NCBI GenBank assembly: GCA_027451365.1
Contig: DAIDJN010000045.1
Coordinates: forward strand, 1 to 15,564
From: Phycisphaerales bacterium
Lineage (GTDB): Bacteria > Planctomycetota > Phycisphaerae > WQYP01
Reading direction: 5' to 3'
Length of the DNA stretch: 15,564 nt
Under the pieces are notes generated by a model. That model was not told where the DNA came from and did no database searches. It was given only the letters and a program-made list of their open reading frames with translations. Of this stretch, positions 1 through 6,512 are shown piece by piece (positions within the stretch are counted from its first letter, which is position 1; every line of letters begins with the position of its first letter). The position numbers were made by a program, and so were the translations under genes.

Positions 1-1
1 A

Positions 2-97
2 GCCAAACGCCTGCGGCGACTGGCCCCCAACCTGACCATCCTCACTCCCGGCCAACTCGCCGAAACGCTCAAGGTCACAACTCAACGCACGGAATAA
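2..97 (+). CDS. 3' end of a gene entering from the left, possibly the C-terminus of a PIN-domain (TA toxin-type) protein
   Basis: Open frame from 2 to TAA 95-97 reads AKRLRRLAPNLTILTPGQLAETLKVTTQRTE*. The 'L.ILTP.Q/EL' ending resembles PIN_3-type protein C-termini, but only 31 aa are visible. Confidence 0.35.
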   Translation, partial: AKRLRRLAPNLTILTPGQLAETLKVTTQRTE

Positions 98-485
98 TTC
101 CGGACAACGGGCGGCTAAAAAGAAAAGCCTCACCACTGACCGCTTGTGCGTCAATGCGCAATCCCGACGCGTCGGGACGGCAGCCGCGTGGAACCCAGAA
201 GAACCCACAAAAAGTCCTTGGGCTCCTGGCAAGGCATGAGGCGACTTGATCGACCTCGCCATCCTGAATGGGGCCGGCCTCGAAATAAAAGAAGTGACGC
301 GATCCCGGCAAACCCGGATTGACGCCGAATGGATGCTTGGCATACCCCGTGCTCGTCCATATTCCTCGCCGCCGCCGCAGGCCCTTGCCCCGGGCTTTGA
401 TTCAATTTGAGACAATGGCCGCCGATGCGGCCACAAAAAAATATTGTCACCACACTTGACTTCTCTTCATGGATGCAGTGAGCGA

Positions 486-740
486 TTATAAAGACTGACG
501 TAGCCGGGTTTGTGATGGCGGAAGCTCGCGTAACCGCCGCAATAGATTGTCGCAGGCTTCGTCCTCCGAGGTGAAATATTCCTCGTCAAAGCAGGAACCT
601 CTCTCCGAATAGTAGACGCACCACCTGCCGGTTTCGAATGAAAGGCACAGTTGGTCATTGGGCAACCCCCCGTCCAAACAGTACACATTCGGATTAAATT
701 TTTCGCCATCGAGAAGCCGCTGTAGTGCATCCTTTTTCAT
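486..740 (-). CDS. Putative immunity protein for the upstream TNT toxin (Imm59-like, small and acidic)
   Basis: 84 aa, starting 3 nt after the TNT stop with an AGGTGG RBS-like sequence upstream. The motif 'Y.L.GG.PN...CL.....W.VYYSERG......F.SE.EAC' is of the type commonly found downstream of TNT/DUF4237 toxins. Confidence 0.7.
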   Translation of the reverse strand: MKKDALQRLLDGEKFNPNVYCLDGGLPNDQLCLSFETGRWCVYYSERGSCFDEEYFTSEDEACDNLLRRLRELPPSQTRLRQSL

Positions 741-743
741 AGT

Positions 744-1130
744 CTATCCACCTACCCTTTCGATATAACCATTCTTGATAAGCGATTGAATACTCTGGGG
801 AAACTGGTACTGAATGCCGCCGCCAGACTGCTGAAACCACGGTGCGGCCCTCCCGCTCTGGACGTCCAGGGGTTTAACAACGCGGAACATGCTATAAGGG
901 GCCTCGCTCGCACCAGGCGGCAAAGACCGCATATAAGTGGGCGTACCTGCCGGAGAGGCGAAGCGGCCAGTATCCAGGCCATAGCGGTCAAACATCTCGC
1001 CGGGCTGGAGAGACCGAGTGACAGGAATTTCGGCAAAGCCATTGTTTGGCGGATAGTATGGTTGGATACGATGGTCTTTGGGAATGGTATCCAACGAACC
1101 CGGTGCACTCTCTGCGGCAAAATTGCTCCT
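744..1130 (-). CDS. Orphan TNT-family (tuberculosis necrotizing toxin/DUF4237) NAD+ glycohydrolase toxin tip
   Basis: Contains YPPNNGF, L.PG..FDRYG...GRFASP.GTP...RSLPP and APWF.Q.GGGIQY. The frame stays open upstream of the TTG at 1094 to 1130 (RSNFAAESAPGSLDTIP...), with no good ATG/RBS, consistent with an orphan module. Confidence 0.88.
   Translation of the reverse strand, partial: RSNFAAESAPGSLDTIPKDHRIQPYYPPNNGFAEIPVTRSLQPGEMFDRYGLDTGRFASPAGTPTYMRSLPPGASEAPYSMFRVVKPLDVQSGRAAPWFQQSGGGIQYQFPQSIQSLIKNGYIERVGG
1107..1120 (-). repeat. Toxin-tip junction repeat, copy 2 (TTGCCGCAGAGAGT on minus strand)
   Basis: 13/14 identical to 1869-1882. Encodes (F)AAES directly ahead of the TNT domain. 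Confidence 0.7.
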
Positions 1131-1544
1131 CTATGAAGCCCGCACCTCCCTCGTCGAATCAATAATCTTCTGACCCGCAACACGTCCCGCATTCAGAAAT
1201 GCAATTGGAGAAGAATCAACACGGTGATACTCTGCCGCTTCCAAAACGATCTTCACCTTGTGCAACGGACCTGAGCCTCCGAGCATCAGTACATCAAGCA
1301 ATCCGAAGATAAACCAATCCGGGTATCCCAGTCGACGAAGCTCGACATCCTCAGGAGCCGAATCCACAACTTCAAAAGTTGAAGCAGGAAGGGCGCTCAA
1401 CGTAACTTTGGCAAACTCATAACGTGGCCCAAGATGTTGGTCGCGCTCTCCCGTTACCCTCAGTGGGGCTTTCAGGGGCAGGGAAGCCCGCTTACACAGC
1501 CCTTCAGCCCAAAGTGTAATGTAGTCTTTCATTTCAAACCTCAT
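1131..1544 (-). CDS. Stand-alone EF-G domain IV-like protein in the immunity position
   Basis: PLHKVKIVLEAAEYHRVDSSPIAFLNAGRVA aligns by eye with EF-G domain IV PVVDVKV.L..GSYH.VDSSE.AFKIA. VTGERDQHLGPRYEFAKVTL aligns with VEGK..KQSGGRGQYGHV.I. No GTPase or other EF-G domains. The ATG abuts the toxin stop (TAAATG); an alternative start at 1532 has a GAGG RBS. Confidence 0.8.
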   Translation of the reverse strand: MRFEMKDYITLWAEGLCKRASLPLKAPLRVTGERDQHLGPRYEFAKVTLSALPASTFEVVDSAPEDVELRRLGYPDWFIFGLLDVLMLGGSGPLHKVKIVLEAAEYHRVDSSPIAFLNAGRVAGQKIIDSTREVRAS

Positions 1545-2381
1545 TTAGTGCTGCGGGTGGGCAGCCGGGTTAAAGTATTCAGGAAATTGTTGAATAACCG
1601 ACGGATGATATAACCGTGCCTCATACCCGGGCTCGTACGGAATGCCCTGCCACCGAAGCGTCTGTAGGTGTGCCTCACGGGCCGACACTCCCTGATCCAT
1701 CAACCCTTTCTCGTAGATTTCATGGTTATAGAAATTAATATCCTGCGACGTTGTGTTCCCTGCGCGTAAACGTCCGATCATCGCTTCGTTGGCCGGATCA
1801 TCAAGTGCGTTGATTTCCGGCCGGGCAAGGTGCTGCTCGATCCGAAGGATGCCTCCTTCGGTGATCGTACCCTCTGCGGCAATGAAAACACCACTGGCGA
1901 CGCCGTACCGGGCGCTGCGGTCGTATCGGATGGTCCGCCGGAATCGTACCGGTGGGTCGCGGCCAAAATGGCTGGCGGTTGGGTAGATGGCCAACCGCTG
2001 GAACGTGCTTGGAATTCCGGCGTGAGGCGCGGGTATTGCCGCTGCGCCACCCGCGGGGCCGGAGGTTATATGGGTTTTGGTGGTCGCCTGCCACTGTATT
2101 TGGCCAATTAGCGTCAGGTGTTCCTTGTTGGCCGAGCAGATTGTGTTGCGGAATTCAAATCGGATCGCACTGCCGCAATTTTCCCAGACTCGGTCTTGCG
2201 GGGTGCAAGGCGTATTGGCTGATACGCTGGACGGACCAGCCAGGCCAGAAGCCAGGGCGATTAAAGCGGCTAAAATAAAAAGCAGCGGCGTCAGCCAGGC
2301 GAGGCCCGCCCTGATCCGGGAAAGTGTTATTTTTTCTTGAGTCGCGTGCATGGACAACAGTTTAACCGATGGTGCCGACAT
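1545..2381 (-). CDS. Putative secreted polymorphic toxin: N-terminal signal/TM segment, linker, C-terminal HExxE..H toxin domain
   Basis: Hydrophobic segment RIRAGLAWLTPLLFILAALIALASGLAG..VSA. Junction YD..FIAAEG at about aa 153-171. The C-terminal ~108 aa (ITEGG...HL.R..DPANEAMI.RL...FYNHEIYE...EAH...LYHP) resembles tips seen on Rhs/bacteriocin-type toxins. It is followed by a translationally coupled small gene. Confidence 0.7.
   Translation of the reverse strand: MSAPSVKLLSMHATQEKITLSRIRAGLAWLTPLLFILAALIALASGLAGPSSVSANTPCTPQDRVWENCGSAIRFEFRNTICSANKEHLTLIGQIQWQATTKTHITSGPAGGAAAIPAPHAGIPSTFQRLAIYPTASHFGRDPPVRFRRTIRYDRSARYGVASGVFIAAEGTITEGGILRIEQHLARPEINALDDPANEAMIGRLRAGNTTSQDINFYNHEIYEKGLMDQGVSAREAHLQTLRWQGIPYEPGYEARLYHPSVIQQFPEYFNPAAHPQH
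1869..1882 (-). repeat. Toxin-tip junction repeat, copy 1 (TTGCCGCAGAGGGT on minus strand)
   Basis: 13/14 identical to 1107-1120. Encodes (I)AAEG at the trunk/tip boundary of the 278-aa ORF. Confidence 0.7.
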
Positions 2382-2399
2382 GGGGAAACATTTCGTTGC

Positions 2400-2597
2400 C
2401 CCGCGGCAATACGCGAGGGATGAACCTGATACAAACCCGCCAACTCACCAATCGTCCGCTGGCCTTTCATCGCCTCCATGGCCACCTTGGCTTTGAACTG
2501 CGACGTAAACTGACGACATTTTACCGACATAAAATAGACTCCGAAAACTGGAAAAAAACTACCTTAGCAGCGCGCCCAGTTTTTGGGGAGTCTTACA
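2400..2597 (-). mobile_element. Truncated IS3-family element: left inverted repeat plus 5' part of orfA
   Basis: The minus strand begins TGTAAGACTCCCCAAAAACTGGGCGCG (IS3-type 5'-TG end) at 2597. ATG 2530 gives MSVKCRQFTSQFKAKVAMEAMKGQRTIGELAGLYQVHPSRIAA (HTH_Tnp_1-type OrfA). Similarity is lost near 2400. Confidence 0.8.
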
Positions 2598-2732
2598 TAT
2601 CGCCGGCATCCATTTCCCGTAGTATTGATACCATCTGTTCTTCCCTGAATCGCTTTTTCTTCATACGACCTCCGATCCTTTCTACTGCGAAAGCCTATAC
2701 GAAACACTGGCGTCACTTTAGAGGTGCAGCCG
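2598..2732 (-). mobile_element. Second truncated IS3-family (IS407-group-like) left end, interrupted by the element at 2400-2597
   Basis: ATG at 2664 with a GGAGG RBS gives MKKKRFREEQMVSILREMDAGD, like IS407-group OrfA MKKSRFTEEQI..IL.EAEAG, then breaks at the TG end of the other IS. A degenerate IR-like CTGCACCTCTAAAGTGACGCCAG lies upstream. Confidence 0.7.
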
Positions 2733-2773
2733 CCCCTCTTCAGTTGTCGTCCAAGTCCGGTTAGAATTCGCTT

Positions 2774-4111
2774 ATGGCTAAAGCAAAGCAACCACCCAAC
2801 CGTTTTAAGAAATCCGAGGCATTGTTCAAGCGGGCACTGGTTCTTATGCCCGGCGGCGTTTCATCACCGGTGCGTTCCTTCCAAAGCGTCAATCTCTCGC
2901 CGGTATTTATACGCCAGGGAGAAGGCTCGCGGCTGACTGATGTCGATTCCAATACCTATATCGACTACGTCATGAGCTATGGGCCGTTAATCCTTGGCCA
3001 CGCAGATCCCGCCGTACAGGCGGCCGTGGCCAAACAGATGAGCCGCGGTTCAAGCTTCGGCTGCTGCGCGGAAGAGGAAATTCTGCTGGCCGAGCTTATC
3101 GCGCAATATATGCCGAATGTTCCGATGGTGCGCTTCGTTTCCAGTGGCACTGAAGCGGTCATGAGCGCCATCCGATTGACCCGCGCGGTCACGGGCCGAT
3201 CTTTGATCATAAAAATCGCCGGCGGTTATCACGGCCATGTGGACGCGATGCTGGTAGGTGCCGGAAGCGGCGCAACGACTCATGGTGTGCCGAGCAGCCC
3301 TGGAATACCTGCGGAAGTTACCGGCAATACGCTGGTCATTCCGTTTAATGATGTGGATGCCGCCCGGCATGTATTCGCTAACCACGGCGATAAAATTGCC
3401 GGCTTGTTTCTTGAACTTGTCATGGGGAATATAGGCGTGGTGCCGCCGCAGCCGGGCTATCTGCAAATTCTGCGGGCCTTATGTGACGAACACAAGAGTC
3501 TGTTTGTAGCGGATGAAGTCATGACTGGTTTCCGTGTCGCCCGCGGCGGCGCACAAAGTCTTTTTGATGTGAAGCCGGATTTAACCTGTCTTGGCAAGAT
3601 CATCGGCGGGGGTTTGCCAGTAGGTGCCTATGGCGGCCGCGCGGAACTGATGAACCAAATCTCTCCGGCCGGCCCGGTCTATCAGGCCGGCACACTTTCA
3701 GGCAATCCGCTGTCGATGGCTGCGGGTATTGTCACGTTGCGGCACCTGCAATCCGCCGACAGCTACCAGCAGCTTGAGTCACTGGCTGGCAGTCTTGAAA
3801 CGGGTTTGATATCCGGCGCGGCGGCGGCCAAACTGCCGCTGGCGGTACAACGCTGCGGAAGCATGATCACGCCGTTTTTCGTACAGGATCAGCCCGCCGC
3901 ACAAGCCGGTATTCGCAACTACGCCGATGCGCTTGCCTGCAACACCAGAAAATATGCGCAATTCTTCCGGTTAATGCTTGAGGCCGGCGTGATGATTCCG
4001 CCTTCACAATTTGAGGCATGGTTTATATCGTTGGCACACTCACAGGTGGATATAGATACGACTGTGGAAGCCGCCGGACGAGCGATGCGGACCATGGCCG
4101 CGGAATGTTGA
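2774..4111 (+). CDS. hemL: Glutamate-1-semialdehyde 2,1-aminomutase
   Basis: MPGGVSSPVR, YIDYV.SYGPLILGH, RFVSSGTEA.MSAIRL, GGYHGH.D, DEVMTGFR, GKIIGGGLPVGAYGG (PLP Lys), YQAGTLSGNP, PSQFEA.F.S.AH. Confidence 0.97.
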   Translation: MAKAKQPPNRFKKSEALFKRALVLMPGGVSSPVRSFQSVNLSPVFIRQGEGSRLTDVDSNTYIDYVMSYGPLILGHADPAVQAAVAKQMSRGSSFGCCAEEEILLAELIAQYMPNVPMVRFVSSGTEAVMSAIRLTRAVTGRSLIIKIAGGYHGHVDAMLVGAGSGATTHGVPSSPGIPAEVTGNTLVIPFNDVDAARHVFANHGDKIAGLFLELVMGNIGVVPPQPGYLQILRALCDEHKSLFVADEVMTGFRVARGGAQSLFDVKPDLTCLGKIIGGGLPVGAYGGRAELMNQISPAGPVYQAGTLSGNPLSMAAGIVTLRHLQSADSYQQLESLAGSLETGLISGAAAAKLPLAVQRCGSMITPFFVQDQPAAQAGIRNYADALACNTRKYAQFFRLMLEAGVMIPPSQFEAWFISLAHSQVDIDTTVEAAGRAMRTMAAEC

Positions 4112-4193
4112 AATCAGTGGCAAAAGGGCCATTGTCAGGCGATCTGGTAATGAATACACATAGCCAATCGGTTGTATATATGCAGGAGTCAGC

Positions 4194-5105
4194 ATGAGCG
4201 AACCCGGGAAAGTTCTAGCCATTATTTCCGTGCAGGGGCGCGATCAGAAAGGAGTCGTAGCGCGGTTTGCAACGTATGTCGCCGGCCATGGCATTAACAT
4301 TGAAGATATGGAACAGCGTGTCCTTCGCGGCCTGTTTGTGATGGACATGCTGGTAGATATCCGTGAAATGAGTATCTCACTTGATCAACTCATCACAGGT
4401 CTGCTGGAGCTTGGCCATGAAATGGACATGCAGGTGCGGGTGTCCCTTCAAAAATCACGAAAGTCCAAGCGTGTCGCAGTGCTGGTCAGCCGGGAGGCCC
4501 ATTGTCTGGAAGCCATGCTGGATCTGTCAACAAGAAAGCAGTTGGGTGGTGAAATTGCGGCGGTCCTGGGCAACCATCCGGTATTACAGGCACGAAGCGA
4601 ATCGGCCGGCATTCCCTTTGAATGGCGGCCCAGTGGTCCTGGAGAAGTGGATAAACAGGCCCATTTCACATGGCTGACCGGGCGACTTGCGGCCTTGAAT
4701 CCGGACCTTATTGTGCTGGCACGTTACATGCAGATTCTCCCTGCCGCAATGACTCAGCACTACCAATGGAAAATCATCAATATTCATCCATCCCTGCTCC
4801 CGCATTTTCCCGGGGCCAATCCGTACCGCCAGGCGTTTGACAGCGGTGTGCGGGTCACCGGTTGCACCGCACATTTTGTTACTCAGGACCTGGATCAAGG
4901 CCCGATTATTCTTCAGGATGTGTTTCATATAAATGTTGGCGTTGATCAGGCCGAAGATGTGCGCGAACGCGGCCTGCGGCTTGAGGCGCAAACCCTGGCG
5001 AAAGCGGTCACTTATTTTCTGAACGAGGAATTAATTGTGGTGGATGGCAAAGTTGTCTTTAAGCCAGGCATCGATACCTTCGGCAAACTGGTGGAACGTG
5101 AATGA
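4194..5105 (+). CDS. purU: Formyltetrahydrofolate deformylase
   Basis: N-terminal ACT domain (G.DQKGVVA), followed by VLVSRE.HCL, LARYMQIL, IINIHPSLLP.F.GA.PY.QAF..GV and G.TAHFVT..LDQGPII.Q. Confidence 0.92.
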   Translation: MSEPGKVLAIISVQGRDQKGVVARFATYVAGHGINIEDMEQRVLRGLFVMDMLVDIREMSISLDQLITGLLELGHEMDMQVRVSLQKSRKSKRVAVLVSREAHCLEAMLDLSTRKQLGGEIAAVLGNHPVLQARSESAGIPFEWRPSGPGEVDKQAHFTWLTGRLAALNPDLIVLARYMQILPAAMTQHYQWKIINIHPSLLPHFPGANPYRQAFDSGVRVTGCTAHFVTQDLDQGPIILQDVFHINVGVDQAEDVRERGLRLEAQTLAKAVTYFLNEELIVVDGKVVFKPGIDTFGKLVERE

Positions 5106-5269
5106 ATACCCGTGCCAATATGGCTTCGCTTATTCCAATCGCATCCGCCTGATTTGATTGGATCGGTCATATCCAAAATCCCGGAGCTTGCATGGCTATC
5201 GAGCCGCAGATAACAGCACCACAAAGCCGGAAATAAAATTCGCGCCCTAATTCGCCCCGGTTATAACGC

Positions 5270-5482
5270 TCACGACCGCCGGGAACCGAACAGCGTCATC
5301 AGCAGACCGGCGACACCCAAGGCCAGTCCGCCCCCGATATAGAGAACGGTTTCCCGCGTAAACCGACCCACAAAGAAATTCTTGGTCTGATCCGCCACCG
5401 AATGCGAGGCATGCATACCGACAAAAAATAGAACGATGCCAAGAACCAGAAGAACGATTCCAACGATGCGTTGCGGACTCAT
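5270..5482 (-). CDS. DUF3185-family small membrane protein
   Basis: 70 aa from ATG 5482: RIVGIVLLVLGIVL...G..AS.S.ADQ....F.G.FT.ET..YI.GG, two TM segments. Confidence 0.8.
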   Translation of the reverse strand: MSPQRIVGIVLLVLGIVLFFVGMHASHSVADQTKNFFVGRFTRETVLYIGGGLALGVAGLLMTLFGSRRS

Positions 5483-5600
5483 AAGAAATATCCCATAAAA
5501 AAAGCTATTGCGGAAATGGCCGCATTCCACTCTAACGAAAACGAACGACATACTGGTCCGCGCGACCGTGGATTATCGTGGATCAATTCCACGCGTATGG

Positions 5601-5765
5601 TCATTTTCGACCGCGTGTCCCGCCGATCAAAGAGATCACAAATATGATCAGAAACACCACGAAAAGAATCTTGGCGATTTCGGTAGCCAGACCGGCAACA
5701 CCGAAAAATCCAAAGAATCCGGCAATAAGCGCGACAATTAGAAATACAACCGCCCAATAAAGCAT
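5601..5765 (-). CDS. DUF1328 / UPF0391 small membrane protein (YtjA-like)
   Basis: 54 aa [37 protein letters not shown], with an AGGAGA RBS upstream. Confidence 0.92.
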   Translation of the reverse strand: MLYWAVVFLIVALIAGFFGFFGVAGLATEIAKILFVVFLIIFVISLIGGTRGRK

Positions 5766-5881
5766 GATAGGTCTCCTTTTTTTCACGCCCGACATTCGGC
5801 AAGAAATAACGAGCAAACGATTCTTAAGCCACAAGCTTCAAGACAGCGTATTTCGCTTCAACTCATACAAACCCCGGAACT

Positions 5882-5910
5882 ACGATAGGCTCGCGGCCGA
5901 TTGATGTCAA
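5882..5910 (-). promoter_or_regulatory. Putative sigma70 promoter for the DUF1328 gene
   Basis: Minus strand TTGACA-N17-TATCGT, preceded by AT-rich sequence. Confidence 0.5.
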
Positions 5911-6023
5911 ATAGAATATTTAAACTGCAATATTTTTAGATACCTTTTTGTTCCAGATCGCAATTCCGCGGCATCAACCATTGGGGGCATCAACTATTGG
6001 GCCCTGAACTCTGAACGGGGCTT

Positions 6024-6512
6024 TTAAGACTGACGGATCAACGGCGGCACGGAAATTCCCAAAGCCTCACACAAGGCAATGGCATGGTCCTGTTCCTGCA
6101 CAATTATGCCGCGAATGGTTTGGCTTAAGGCATATTCACCCGCCGCCTCGGCCTGACGGATGCGCTGCCGGTAGTTCTCTATAGTCGTGATTTCATTATC
6201 CAGATCGAACCGGAGCAAATCTTCTGATTTATCCGACATTTTGACAGGCTTAGGCATCCGCGCCGGCACTCCGCCAAGAAAATCAATCTGCCGCGCCAGT
6301 TGAATGGCATGATCCAATTCCTCGGCCGCATGTTTTTCTAATTCCGCCGCAATATACATATATTGAGCACCATTGATAACCTGACTGTAGACGATATACG
6401 CGATAATCGCCTGATATTCGCGCGCCAGATCGTCATTCAGCAGATCAATCATCTGCTTGCGCGATACGGCTAGGCCAACGGTGGACATTTTGTTTTTGGA
6501 AATTCTGGACAT
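6024..6512 (-). CDS. Bacterioferritin-like / ferritin-like di-iron protein
   Basis: LN.DLAREYQAII.Y, EELDHA..LA.QI.FLGG.P, DLDNE...I..Y..RI, I..QEQDH: two ExxH ferroxidase motifs. AAAGGA RBS. Confidence 0.88.
   Translation of the reverse strand: MSRISKNKMSTVGLAVSRKQMIDLLNDDLAREYQAIIAYIVYSQVINGAQYMYIAAELEKHAAEELDHAIQLARQIDFLGGVPARMPKPVKMSDKSEDLLRFDLDNEITTIENYRQRIRQAEAAGEYALSQTIRGIIVQEQDHAIALCEALGISVPPLIRQS

Noticed and set aside
423..440. Possible third junction repeat (minus strand TTTGTGGCCGCATC, 'FVAAS')
   Set aside because: Only GCCGCA is shared with the 14-bp repeat and the frame closes after a few codons, with no toxin tip behind it.
75..453. ORFs 75-311 and 151-453 (minus)
   Set aside because: No recognisable motifs, non-ATG starts, mutually overlapping; likely spurious.
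440..490. Integron attC-like start after the immunity gene (TAATCGCTCACTGCATCC)
   Set aside because: No RYYYAAC/GTTRRRY pair or complementary arm, and no integrase in the window.
1131..1544. Calling this ORF fusA or a fusA pseudogene
   Set aside because: No flanking remnants of EF-G domains I-III or V. It has its own start, RBS and stop, is strongly diverged, and sits in a toxin-coupled context.
5901..5910. FNR box at TTGATGTCAA
   Set aside because: Lacks the TTGAT-N4-ATCAA spacing; better explained as a minus-strand TTGACA -35 element.
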